In this document: one piece after another, positions 37,201-49,400 of the stretch
Position numbering within the stretch: position 1 is the first letter of the stretch
Layout of the letters: each line of letters opens with the position of its first letter
Source of the DNA: Clavelina lepadiformis
Lineage: Eukaryota
Assembly: GCF_947623445.1 (NCBI RefSeq)
Contig: NC_135244.1
Span: 13,078,860-13,142,859, forward strand
Direction of reading: 5' to 3'
DNA: 64,000 bases
Notes under the pieces: model-generated
What the model saw: the letters and a program-made list of their open reading frames with translations, nothing else
The model's database searches: none
What the model was told of the DNA's origin: nothing
Translations under genes and position numbers: made by a program

Positions 37201-39749
37201 TGTGCCTTAACTAATGCGAACACAAAAATTGACCGAAACAGATAATTTCATTGACCATGAACCGCCCTAACTATGAAATTTGATGCGGATTACAGTAAAC
37301 ATTTTTATATTTTAAGTGTATTATGTTAATTGGAAGCATTTTTCCATTTTAGTTGGTCTTACTAGATCTCAGTGAAGTACTGTGAATCTTCTTTTAAACG
37401 TTTATGCTACTGTATTGTGCATAAACTTTGCGTGTAATTTTGTACATACATGATAACATTTACCAGTTTTTATTTGAGAAAAGCTTATCAATTTAATTAT
37501 ATTTGAATCATCAATTTTTACAGATACTAACATTGCTAGAAACAAGACAATGGTTGTAACGTACAGAGTACCACATAATGCGTGTGTTCAAATCTATGAT
37601 TACAAGCAAAAGAAAGCCAGGTAGCTATCTTTGCACAGCAAAATCTTGAATTGTTGTGGAATCTTTACAGTAAAAACGTACATTGCACATATATGGTAAT
37701 GACTGTGACACTGTACTGCACAAAGAAATCAAACCACAGAAATAAAACATGTTCTCTGATTAAGAAATTCAAAATTTCTCCTTACCTGTTACAGTTTCTT
37801 GTTTACTGAATTAAACATTAAAAATTTGCTTTGGAAATGTTTGATAGTTTACTACAAAATATTTGAGAGATATATGCATCGATGCATACAAGTAAATCTT
37901 CAATTTTTATCTTTTTTCAGGGTAGTTTTTGGTCCTCATCTGGTTATGCTGGATCCAGATGAACAATTCACTCAACTCTCATTGTCTGGTGGAAAACCCA
38001 AACGTCCCGGTGTTATTCGATCGCTTGCATTGCTTCTTGGACCAGACTTTTGCACAGATGTGATCACCATTGAAACTGCAGACCATGCTAGACTTTCCCT
38101 GCAGCTTGCTTACAACTGGTGAGCGTTAGTATGATTGTTTTATTTTGTCAGTGGTCATGGTTTGCATGTTGTTTAATTTAATGTGCCAGCATTATTTTTA
38201 TTATTATTATTTTGACACATACAGTACTACCTGTAAGTTTATTTCTTCAGGCATTTTGACACTAGCAAAGCTGAAGACAACCAAGCAGAAGCAGCTAAAC
38301 TTTTCAGTGTTCCTGACTTTGTTGGTGATATGTGCAAGGCTATTGCTTCTCGGGTCAGGGGTGCAGTAGCCTCTGTAAGCTTTGATGATTTCCACAAGGT
38401 AGATATCATGAATTGTGACCAGTGCTTGAAACAGTTACGATAAGCCACACGGATATGTTGTTAGGAAACGTTGCATTGGAAGCAGAATGTTACACTCCAG
38501 TTTAGTTTATCACTACAATTCATCATTTGCGCTCTAGCATGTAACTATTGACCCAAGTTTTTGTGTTGTTTTCTAACTGTAGAACTCATCCCGAATTATT
38601 CGTTCGTCTGTTTTTGGTATTGATGACAATGGAAAGGTTCGGAATCGCTTTGAATTCCCGCAAAATCGTCTTGCAGTCACATCAATTGATATTCAGTCTG
38701 TTGAACCGGTGGACCAGCGAACCCGCGATGCCCTGGTGAAATCAGTTCAGCTTGCAATCGAAATTACAACCAATTCGCAGGAAGCAACTGCAAGGTAACT
38801 CTAACTCCGACTTTACCACGTGTGAAACATTTGTTTGTTTCAATAACTTTTAGAGATTAGTAGACTTTAGATTGGAGACACAAGTAGATTTTAAGTAATT
38901 GATAATAATGTTTTTGATTTTTCTCCTTGCTTAGGCACGAAGCAGAAAGAGCTGAGCAAGAAGCGCGTGGGCGTTTGGAAAGGCAAAAGATTGCCGATGA
39001 AGCAGAAGCCGAGCGCTCCCGCCGTGACTTGCTTGAACTGCAATCACAAAGCGCTGCTATAGAAAGCACCGGACAAGCTAAGGCTGAAGCTCAGTCTCGT
39101 GCAGAAGCAGCGCGTATTGAAGGTGAAGCTGCAGTTGAACAAGCAAAACTGAAGGCGCAGGCCCAAGAGATCGAAGCGGTGAATTATTTGACAGAATTTT
39201 GAACAGTTTCTTCTAAACCTTTTTGGAAACCATTACTTTTTCTTGAATAACGCTTTGATTAATTGCATTTATATTTTCGATTAAAATGTGCTTTTCATGC
39301 AGGCGTCTGAGTTGGACCGCTTGGGAAAAGCAAGAGAAGCTGAACTGAAATATATCAAAGAGCAAAATGATCTTGGAATTAACAAGGATCGTGATTTGGC
39401 CAGAATAGAGACAGAAAAAACGCAAAACATCATTTCCGCAGTTGGCGCAGATACCGTCCGTGCTATTGCTGTTGCTGGTCCAGAACATCAGGTAAGTTTG
39501 TTGACAACATTTTAAACCGATTCATCTTCAAGGGATGCTGTTCCTTAACGATGCAATGTGTTTGTTTAGATCAACTTGTTGCGCAGTCTAGGAATTCAGT
39601 CAACAATCTTTACCGATGGCAATTCTCCAATAAATTTGTTCAATGCAGCCAATGGTTTGATTGGTGGAAATCCTTTTGCCGTTAAGGCAGTCAAAGGCGC
39701 TGCAAGTGGCAGTGGAGATGCCAAAACTAGGGAGGAGGATAATGAGTGA
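25260..39749 (+). CDS. MVP: Major vault protein (MVP), 17 coding exons identified. Exons: 25260-25392, 27004-27199, 27377-27497, 27626-27757, 28491-28585, 30013-30138, 31502-31666, 33905-34002, 34125-34248, 34366-34501, 37524-37620, 37921-38118, 38251-38398, 38583-38794, 38935-39178, 39303-39491, 39570-39749 (stop TGA at 39747-39749). The initiator ATG is not in the 25260 exon; it is probably in a short upstream 5' exon.
   Basis: Exon translations are colinear with vertebrate MVP. Examples: (Q)[42 protein letters not shown] | [66 protein letters not shown] | [41 protein letters not shown] | TYIPRKEV... | ...[32 protein letters not shown] | ... | [66 protein letters not shown] | [49 protein letters not shown] | ... 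| [81 protein letters not shown] | ...AVAGPEHQ | [33 protein letters not shown]... Every intron has GT..AG. Phases are consistent throughout. The 17 exons sum to 2594 nt, so exactly 4 more coding nt (ATG plus 1) are required upstream, which fits a 5' micro-exon. Confidence 0.9.
28633..28869. mobile_element. MITE (237 bp) in MVP intron 5. TIR is CAGGGATGTCCAACCT ... AGGTTGGACATCCCTG. Flanking 8-bp TSD is GCTTAGAG / GTTTAGAG. It has an internal repeated GCGGCCC motif (5 copies).
   Basis: A perfect 16-bp TIR is read directly. The 8-bp flanking duplication has one mismatch. The CAG terminus plus an 8-bp TSD suggest the hAT superfamily. Confidence 0.7.
30490..31215. mobile_element. Possible degenerate DNA-transposon remnant in MVP intron 6, with terminal CGAGATCCCGG / CCGGGATCGAG inverted motifs and ORF 30610..30843
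   Basis: Inverted motifs sit at about 30494-30504 and about 31202-31212. The flanking G/C-poor sequence has repeated ccggg(a)atc motifs. The internal ORF has no domain I recognise. This call is weak. Confidence 0.25.
33247..33265. repeat. (GA)n dinucleotide microsatellite in MVP intron 7
   Basis: agagagagagagagagag is read directly. Confidence 0.85.
34636..35564 (-). mobile_element. Non-autonomous hAT-superfamily element (929 bp) in MVP intron 10. TIR is TAGGCTTGCCA ... TGGCAAGCCTA. It has a perfect 8-bp TSD TATGTAGT and subterminal CCGGGAC repeats. A minus-strand ORF remnant (34861-35412) encodes a hAT dimerisation domain.
   Basis: The TSD tatgtagt is read at 34628-34635 and 35565-35572. 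The 11-bp TIRs are read directly. The minus-strand ORF 34861..35109 reads ...[37 protein letters not shown] (S..ERxFS hAT-dimerisation motif). Subterminal ccgggac repeats lie at 34665-34672 and 35478-35550. Confidence 0.8.
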
Positions 39750-41994
39750 CATTGAATATGGTCTTGTAGTTTCTTGGCAATGATAGTTATGTGTAGTATA
39801 TTATGTAATCGACGTTATTGTACACTTAGGATTATGGATAATATAATGCATCCAGTGTCCTGTGGTCATTTTATCAAATCTTGTCGTACATGCACTTATA
39901 ATTCACAACGTAACTCTAAGTAGTTGTGTAGCTATGTTTGTTATAAGCCTTCCTTCTACATTATTGTAATCGACAAAAATATACCTAGAATTTACGTAGT
40001 TACTTTATGAATCTGTAAATCTTTCTATTTTGTAAACCCATGAGAAGTTAAGTTCTTTTTCCATTACGGTTCTGTTATGCAACAGTTTGTGTAATTGAAT
40101 GAGCCTAAATGTATTTCAAGTGTGTCATTGTACGTTTTACACGTTTGCTTCGTCCGAAATTGATTTCAAGCGTCTCTAATCTTCACATTTACTAGATTAG
40201 CTGACTTAGCAAGTATTGTCGTAGAAATCAATATTTGTAGCCAATCAAAAGTAGGGGTTAATTGGATAACCATGCATCCAATGTGAAAACGAATTGTTAT
40301 AAATCAGATGATACAGGAACGATTTTGCTGTGTTTGAGTGGAATAAAATCATTGTACTTAAGTGTAGTTGTATATGGCTGCAATCATAACGTAATAAAAC
40401 GTGGTATACTGTACCAGGATAAGAAATAAGCCTAGTATTCAAGATGTTACAGATACTGAATAACAACAAAAAGCTTAAACAGTTAACAAACATACAATAA
40501 AACCGACAAAGAAAAGCATAGCTTAAGTTGCAATTTCTAATGCAAAATTTTAATTCAATGCCAAGTGTTGTACCAACCATGTACATTGTTGGGGCTTATA
40601 CACATTGGCCAGCTGTTTGTCATATACACTCCCCTAGATTTTTTTCGATCGTCTGTGATTTCTGACTATTTTATCGACCGTGTTTCAACAAACAAACCCT
40701 AGTCATGCCTGTACAAGCCTGGTGAATTTACAAATCAGTTGATTTTTCCGTTTTGGTGGATGATGTGAGTTTATATTGTTGTAGGTAACGACATAAAGGA
40801 AACTTATACGGCATTATTTTTCTGTTACGGAACAAAGGAAATACATTTACGAAAAAAAAAAATTCACAGAAAGAGAGTTATGTTTTTCTCACTGTGTTTT
40901 TTTCTCTGAAGCCAAGGTAAATACAAATTGATAGCATTTGAAAAGTGGTTAGAAATATTCAATTGCCTACCAGTCGACGTGTTTTGAAAGTTTCCAATAA
41001 AAAAGCACTTGGTTATACAATGTTCAAGAGTTTTGTACGCTGTGTAAATATTATTGTAAGAATCGCACAAACCGCGCAGATGCTTTTGCTCAATAGAGAT
41101 TTTATATAGAAGTTACTGTTATCTTTTCGCATTACAAAACGTTTTCACTTGTTAGATGAAGATGATGAGCAATTTGTAGTAAAACAATGTTGTTTGAAGA
41201 AGGGTACCAATACTAGTTTACAGTAACATCATGGACAGCTGTTGCAAAGGTACATTTAGCACAAGAAGCCTGATATCTGGCTTCATTTACTAAGTCAATG
41301 CAATATCGTTTCAGTGGCTATGCTATATCTTAGATACTTGTCAAACGGAGTTATTGTGTGCCATATTAGGTTTTTTCCTTTATTTAATCCCAATGTAAAT
41401 AAAGGTTTTGTGCTCAATTCCATGTATATGCAAGGCAAATACCACATGACAAAGAGGCAAAAGGTATAGTGCTTATTTTGAAGGAGTGTTGTGTAAATCT
41501 TCAACGAGAGTGGAAAATACGAAAGAAAGCAAAGACAATGAAATATTGTTTAACTTTACCCTTTAATATTGCCGACTCTGCATTAACCAACGGAAGACAA
41601 GCCATGTTTTACGCATTGGTAGGGAATTTGCGATTAGACTTTATAAAATTTGTCGGGCTCTTGCTAATGTTTCTTGAGGTAACTTACGAATAAATTTATT
41701 AAAGCAGATTTAAGCAAACACAACATACAGTAAATTGGCTCTATTACAAAGAAAAAACTTTGAGCAAGTGCAGTAAATAGTTACTTGTAATATACAGATA
41801 TTACGTTTACAGTTAAATTCTAAAGCAAACAGGTGGGTTGCATTATTTATGAATGCACGATTGATACAAACTAAAATTATTCATTTCGTAAATAACTGAG
41901 TTTACAATTCATACTGTTACTAATACTAGTGTCCTAGTAGTATGATATAAAATTAATCATCTTTACTGTGATATAAAAGGTTTACTACATCGTC

Positions 41995-42852
41995 ATGTCG
42001 TCACGAAGAACAGCTTCAATGTCAACTAGCACGTCACTGTTAAACAGTTCGGGAAGCGGGAAAGAACTCAGGTCACATATCCCTTCACTTTCTGATGGAG
42101 GAAGAATGAGTTTAAAGGATATTATGATATGGAGGCAATTTACACGCAATTTGAAGCTGCGAGTTCAAAGCAAGCAATTTGAGAAGCGTTCGTTCTGTTG
42201 GGTAAATTTAGACAATTAAAATCTGCTTATTATTATTAATATGCATGCTTATAAGCTGTATTTCAAAAACTAGTAACTTTTTGCTTAATTACTTTTTGGC
42301 TTGTCAGTGGGATAACAAATCTCTATCTGGAAGTACCGTAAACCGTGAAACTGCTTTTGAAGTTGAGCCAACTTACAAGATGGATCCCGAAAGGAAACCA
42401 TCAGACACAAGATGCAAGGCCATAATCGATGAATATTTGCAGCAACGCTTAACAGAAGTTGCTTATGAAAGCGCAAATGTTAAAAGCCTTTCTGGGTGCC
42501 ATGATGAATTGAAATATTTTTTGTTCATTTCATAATGCCATATGCCTAATAATAATATAACACCTTCTTGATATTTTTGAACAATATTTAATAACGCATT
42601 TATAAAATCCATTCATTTTTTATATTTTCTAGTGAGATTGCCGACCAGATCAAAACTCGATTGAAATCAATACCGTGGCCACCAAGATACAAATGCGTTT
42701 GTTACGTAAGCCTTGGCCAAAAAACGGGACAAGGGCTCTGCGTTTCCAGCATGTGTGCCTGGGATTCCACTAATGATAGTTATATCACATGCTCCTATCA
42801 GAATTCCTCCATATTTTGTGTTGTAACAGTTTTCGCCGTTTATCACGAATGA
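41995..42852 (+). CDS. Tctex1-domain-containing protein (dynein light chain Tctex-type / TCTEX1D-like), about 204 aa. Exons: 41995-42201, 42308-42495, 42633-42852 (stop TGA at 42850-42852).
   Basis: Exon 3 translates to (G)EIADQIKTRLKSIPWPPRYKCVCYVSLGQKTGQGLCVSSMCAWDSTNDSYITCSYQNSSIFCVVTVFAVYHE*. This is the conserved Tctex-1 C-terminal fold (RYK.VV.V.IG...GQG....S.C.WD...D......F.N.SLFCVV.VFGVY). Exon 2 reads ...VNRETAFEVEPTYKMDPERKPSDTRCKAIIDEYLQQRLTEVAYESANVKSLSG and exon 1 is a Ser-rich N-terminus. Donors are tgg|gtaaat and gg|gtgcca. Acceptors are tgtcag|tgg and ttttctag|t. Phases are consistent, and the summed exon length of 615 nt is a multiple of 3. AATAAA lies at about 43082, downstream of the stop. 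Confidence 0.7.
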
Positions 42853-43454
42853 TTTGGTTCTTTTTAACCATGTGAAAGAGTTTTACGTGATAACTATTGG
42901 ATTTACGCAAATCTTTTGTATAAGCTTAGTCTGTAGTATAAAATATATACACATGGCTATGCATCTTTTTACCACGTTTTTACAGGATGACAGTTATTTC
43001 TCTCGCCTTCGTATTTAACGCTGTTCAAACGTATATGTCAGATTATTGCACTAGCATAACAACAGTATATAATTCTTTCTAATAAACAATAAATTTTAAT
43101 GTCGATGTGCTTGTTATCATAGCCTAATCCGTAATGAATGACAAGAACTACATCAGCTTCAGTGCACTGTATTGAACGTGTCCGCTTGTACGGTTTGAAA
43201 ACACTTAATATCGGCAAACATACAAGTTTGTAAAAACAATTGCAACAGTATCAAATAAAAGAGCATATAATTGTCGAAAATAATGCCGATAATAATAATA
43301 AATAACGTTTGTACCTTATCTCCAGCGATATGTGAAAAAATTCGACTAAACGTGAAAAACAAAAACGGAACAAAACTAGGGTAGAAATACGTCTGATTTT
43401 ATCAGACATCAACAAAATGTCACCAACCATCACCGCAAATTCAAATTGCGTACC

Positions 43455-46400
43455 CTACAAACAAGTCATCATTCGACCGGTAGAGTCTAGTATTGCCCTG
43501 GATTCATAATCCTGGCTATATTCAGCTCCATGCGGTATATTTGTTCTCAGTATTTCACCGGATTCGCGCCTTCCATCATAATACGAATCGCTGGCGGCAT
43601 TAAAATTGTTACGATCAGGACAAAGCGAGTCTTCGGACATTACACTAGTACGCCTCGTGCCTTCACTGGCACGTACGCCATCGGACATTCCATCTTTGAC
43701 CGTGCCTCTTTCTTGGGATGCTGCTACAGGTGTCATCACATAACGGTGTTTATCCGAAGCTTTAAGGCCATGGCGGTGAGTAACATTGGTGGTGATATCT
43801 GGGCTACCATCGCGCGACTTTGAAATACAATGCATTGCTGGACTCGAATCTAAATCAGGTGTGCTTTGGTAGAAGGCTGAATCTCGCTGACTGTCAGTGC
43901 TGCATGGCTCACTCTGCTTATATTGCGTTTTACAATTAGATGGCACGGGATCGGTAAGTCGCTGTACTTCCAAGTCATTTTCGTCTCTGTAATGGCCACT
44001 CCAGCCCTCGGGATGATAGGGTCTCGTTTCGTAATTTATGTGATTATCCTGATTTTCAATGATGGTACTTGAAATTAACGATTGTCTGCCTCCGATTGTT
44101 CGAGTAAGAGAAGCCGGGTTGCCACACGATGATCCAGCACTACTACTAGCACTAAAGTCATTTACAATAGGATCGTCCGACTCGGAGCTGGTGATAGAAC
44201 GCCGTTGTGAATGGTGTGCTATGGGCCGAAGAAGTTTTACCGAATGTTTGTCATACTGTGTCGGTGAAGGTGTAGAAGTATTAGATGTTAGTAGTCGTCT
44301 AGTTTCTGGGTGCGGGTCTTCGCAATGTGAGCAAGTACTTTCATTAGATCTTGTGGGTTGCGAAAATCTTCGCGAAGCTGCTATGGGGTAACCTTTTTCC
44401 CAATCCAATGCAGACGCAACCGAAGTAGTGTTAGATAAAGTGCTAGCTCTTTGAAACTCCGGACGTCGTTGTAGATTAACGTCTTCTTTGTCATAACAAA
44501 GGTCCCGACTTTGTAGCGCTTTAATGTGATTCATCGTTTTAGAGTGGGCTTGAAGCCGCGGTTGACTCTTGTATGGGTCTGCACGGCAAGTATTTGAGTG
44601 TTGAATATGAGCACACTCGCCATCGTGTGTACATGGGCGAGTGCGTTCGTGACCGTACAATTCGTTAGGATGACAGTGACGTTGTAAGTGGTCGTATGCG
44701 TCTTCTCCTACCTGTCCAACCAAGGCATCGTGAGGTAGGCAAGGTGCCTTTGCGGTCACAAACATTTCGTCTTCATGACTTCGACTTTGGTTTGATTCAT
44801 TTTTTGCGTCTAACATTCGGTCGTCGCTCATCCTACGTAACTGAGTCGATGACGAAGAATGTTGTTGTGTAATTGCTCGCCTTTGGTTAGGAACGGTGCA
44901 AGATTTTTCTGTTAAATAGAACAAGAATTGTGTCAGCTATCAACAAAATTTAAATTTAAGAATATTCATTTAATGAATAACTTAGTAACCTCTAAATTTA
45001 AGCTACCGTGTGTGTCGGACATTACAGTATCAAAAAACAAAAACGCTGAGTAAACGTTGCCTGCAAAAGACATGTTTTTCTATCTTACCTCTTGCCGGCA
45101 TGTTGTGAGAATTAAGCATGGAACCTTCATTTGGGTGGGTACCAACTAATGTTTCATTCCACATACGCTGTAGTTGCCCTTGCGACTAAACAGATTATTG
45201 AATTAATATTGTAACCAATGAAACAGATGTAGTCGATGACGTGTAAAAATACTAATGATGCAATGCAACAATAAAATTTAGGAAGCAATAAATGCAAATT
45301 ACTCGTTAAAACTTTAACATGCTTTTCAGAATTCAGGATGAAAGTACAGTAATTCTTTTCTTTTTTCACATTGGTGACGCGTTACGCAAGTGCAGTAAAA
45401 AAATTTTCTTCAGTGAAACGTTGGAATATATCATTACCATGGCTAACATTATAATAATCTCATAGTATGTTACAAACACTTACACTTGTTGCCTGCGTGG
45501 TCGCCGTCGAGTTGTGAGTAGTTGCTGAAGAATAGCGAGCTGGTGTGTATTGCTTTGAAAACGACATACTATTGCTAACGTAAGACTCTGGCGACCTCTT
45601 GCGACAGCACCAGGTTCGATCAATACACCGACTGTATTCACTTCTGACCTGAAAAGTTTTATTAAAAATCACAGTTAAGACAATTGTGGAATTTGGTTTA
45701 AATATCCAACAAAATAACCGCCGTTGCGATACGCTAGACTGAAATAGATAACAATAAACCGTTAGCGCCCTGTCTTAAACAGCAGATCGCTGTAGTTATA
45801 ATCGGGACACATGTTGAAAGGCCATGTCGAAAAATTCAATTTAAATTCATCATTAATTAAATATTTATTATAATGACGGACTTAAGGTACACAAAATCTG
45901 CTCACAAAAGAAAATCTAAAAATACAAATAATGACACATGTGTGCGTAATGGTTCTTCAAGGTTTGAATATTGTCATTCGCGATCCTATCAATTTAATGT
46001 ATTACATTATATATCAATCCAAGGTTACGCAAACCAGTTGTATGACAGGTTCGTTTTCCTAATGTCCAATTCAAAATTGAAATTCCCCCCCTGTGAACGA
46101 GTACAAACTCCGACATATGAAGACATGTTACACGCATATATTTATCCAAGCGTAAACCAATGGACAGTTTTTCTAACAATTTGAAGATTAAGGCAGCTTA
46201 TACGATCGCCATTAGCAGCAAAACACCGGTACTTTTAAGGTGAAAATATTTGTGTCAAATTCTAAAGTTTACTTGTCAAGTGAGATATCAGATTATCTTG
46301 TGAGGAACATCCGAAGTCAAAGGATATACGCTTTTGCAAATGGAGGGTTTCTCCTTTTAGCGTCTACACTATTCATCACGATGAATGAAACCAGACACTG

Positions 46401-49400
46401 GCTTAAGATGTTTTTACCGTAACGCGAAGATTATTGAAAATGACATCATACTGTATCATCACTAGAACATGTCATATTAGTTCAATGACTACAGAAAGTT
46501 TCATTGAATTGTAAACGTTGTTTCTGAGTATTAACGTATATGCCAAAAATATACTTATACCTATACAGATAAACATAAGTTAATACGCTTCATTGCCACA
46601 TTCTATACGATCAACGGAAATTTTATACGCCTTATTTTACCCAACTTGCTTCGAAGACGCGCTAAGTGACGGCCCTCTGGCAGTCATGCTTTATTTACAT
46701 TGCAAATGACGCAGTAAAAAGGCCGTGCCGTTGCTGCCACGTTTTTATCAACAAAAGCTGCACAGCGTATCTAACTATACTCCTGATAAATAGTTGAAAT
46801 ATCCCCAAAGTAGCTTACCTTCTTCTGGAGCAAGCAGTGGAAGACAAATATAAATAGCCCTTGGAAAGCGTTAAAAACGCAGAATAAGTAAGCCATAATA
46901 GGTGCTTGTTCCCACACCCACAATATTCCAAACGCCCAGGTTATACCAAGAAGGCATAAAAGAACAGACGCACCACGAACAGCAGCCCTGTTGTATACCA
47001 ACAACATTTTACAATTTTATCATTTACACAATAATCTTTTAACGACCAACAACAAGTTAACTCACTTAACGCTGTTGACTTTTGATGCGTCTGTATACGA
47101 GATGGTGTGACGGTACATTTTGAAAATAGTAATCGAAAGAAAGACGAGGTTGCACAAAATTACTGCGCACACGGGTCCAACAAAACTCCAAATGAAACCA
47201 GAATCAACTTTGAGCCAGCAAGCCTGAGTACTACCATAGCCATTACTGTCAACCGCAGCTGAGACTCCAACAATAACGGCTGGTACACCTGATAACAGCA
47301 AAAAATATTCTCAGTTGACCGCAGCAAGACTTACATGAAGAAGCATTGTAGCGCACTAGTTCGGAATATTTACAAAAAACTCACCGTAACCAATGAGATA
47401 ATACCACTTCCATCTCGATCGTCCTTCAAATATTTCGACAAGCATTACGTAAAGCTGAAATCCTTCCAAAGCCATCCACATAAATGCTGCTAAGAATGTG
47501 TAATGCAAGATGCCAGCTATTACGGCACACGGCACACGGTTGAAGGTTTGGTTGATACCAATTAAAAATACAGCCTCGGCAACAAACAAACTCAGGCACA
47601 AGTGTTTGTGAATTGTGTTGCGATCATTTTGGAGGTTTCTACGCAAAACATGACATAGTTAATATATTTGTATATTTAGGTTTTCTGATGTTTCACTGTG
47701 CATTGCAAAATAAACAAAATTTGGGTTATGATATTTTTTTACATAACGTTTGATAATTTATAGAAAATAAAACAAAATAGAAGCAAACGCACCTGAAAGC
47801 AGAAAATGTGTAAATGCAAATGGCAAGGCATACTAAGGACACGGATACCCCAATGCTGCTTACAATACTCAAAGCAAGTTCGTGGGTTGGAGAAGGTAAA
47901 GGAGTTGCAGCCACATTTACCAGTACAGCAAAACTCGTCAAATGATTACAGGAACATTCTGTGTAGGTCGAATTTGTAGTAACAACCTCACAGCCATCTG
48001 TCCGCCAGCTTCCGATCTTTAAGCTACCAATTGAAATGTGATTCAACAAGATACATAATATAAAAATTTTTAACTACTGCTTTGCAGAAGAACAACTTGT
48101 GGAATAAAGATTATAATTATTTCATCATCTTACCTCTGTGAGTAGCTCCAGTAGACACATTTTCTCTGGGCTTCAGACACCTACGCAACAATACAATGTT
48201 TCAAAATTAGATGATTACGAGTCAAGTCAGTGAGCAACCATAAATCTACTTGTAATTAGAAGTTAATGTTAAATGTTGAAGCAAACGTATAATTTGACCT
48301 GTAAAGTAGCATTATTATGCACATAAAATGTGACGTTCACTAGTGGATTGTAGGTAATGTCATTCTTACATTAGTAATCCTCAGACTTTCTATCCAGTCA
48401 CATGACATAGATGGTTACCATATATGTTACAATGGCCAATTAAAGACTTCTGCTATTGGCCGTTTAGTACACGCAAGCAATGTTGGTATTCCACCGACTA
48501 TAAGTTCACTGACCCAGAATGTTTGTTTGGTATCTCAGGGCGAGTCGTATTTCCTGTCTGAGTGTTCAAACTAAACTGGTTCAAGATATCGTCTAATTTC
48601 AGAGTGGCGATTTTAAAATTGTTAATTTGTAATTCAGCTTGGTTTAATCTAAAACAACTCCTGGCCAAACAAACCAGTATTAATCTTTACAAAATATATG
48701 TTGTATGGCAAAGAAATGTTGTCCATTTTAATTGAAAGTGATAATATCCAATATAATCGATCGTTGTCTAAACACTTAGTTATTATTTGGAAACCCTGTT
48801 ACTTTCATGTTCATCGAAACAGAAAGATTTTGTTATGTCTGTATCCGTATTAGCTTATATCAAGAAAAAAACGATTTAATTGTATAAATATTATTTAAGA
48901 CATGCCAATGAATTATTTAAAAGCGGATAACTTCAAACGCAACTCAAGTCGATCAAATATAAAAAAATCAATCAAGAAAAAACAATTTACATCACAGCCT
49001 TCTTTGAATCAAAAGAACCAGTGAAAAATTCACCTGTAAATTTTTTAACACAAAACGTATAGAAGGATTACGAAGTGCATTTTCCTCGGATTTCACCAAA
49101 GATGCAGATATCACTCGAGAGTCAACTTTCCAATCTTCAGCCGGTTCAAGACCTTCCACGTTAGCTTTAGCGAATGTTCCCAAGTTGTTATATAATGCAA
49201 ATATTAAAGAAGTAACATCTACAAAAAGAAAACAATGTTTAGTATACCTACTGATATCGTTGCTGCAGCATGTACAACGACATAAAAGATAGTATAACAG
49301 TAAACAGTCTACATAATTCATAATTGCTCATGCGAAGGTTTCATCGCAGTAGTTGCAATGAATGGAAGCTGCAATTTATTGCGGATCAAAAATATCAGAA

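Noticed and set aside
38857-39069. Minus-strand ORF (70 aa, Ser/Ala/Arg-rich) overlapping MVP exon 15
   Set aside because: It is an antisense reading of the Ala/Glu/Arg-rich coiled-coil cap-helix exon. Low-complexity codon mirroring produces the open frame. It has no splice signals or conserved domain.
41469-41693. 74-aa plus-strand ORF upstream of the Tctex1 gene
   Set aside because: It is not in frame or phase with Tctex1 exon 1, has no conserved motif and lies in AT-rich intergenic sequence.
43530-44391. Plus-strand ORFs (97 aa and 110 aa) inside the latrophilin last exon
   Set aside because: They are antisense artefacts of the long Ser-rich terminal exon with no recognisable domain.
48024-48073. 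In-frame upstream extension of the GPS/TM1 exon ([16 protein letters not shown]) that initially looked like part of the GAIN domain
   Set aside because: The better acceptor is caattggtag|cttaaag at 48023. That acceptor joins in phase to the 47-nt micro-exon 48134-48180 ([15 protein letters not shown]) and reproduces the GAIN consensus C.W......G.W...GC. The extension is the polypyrimidine tract of the intron.
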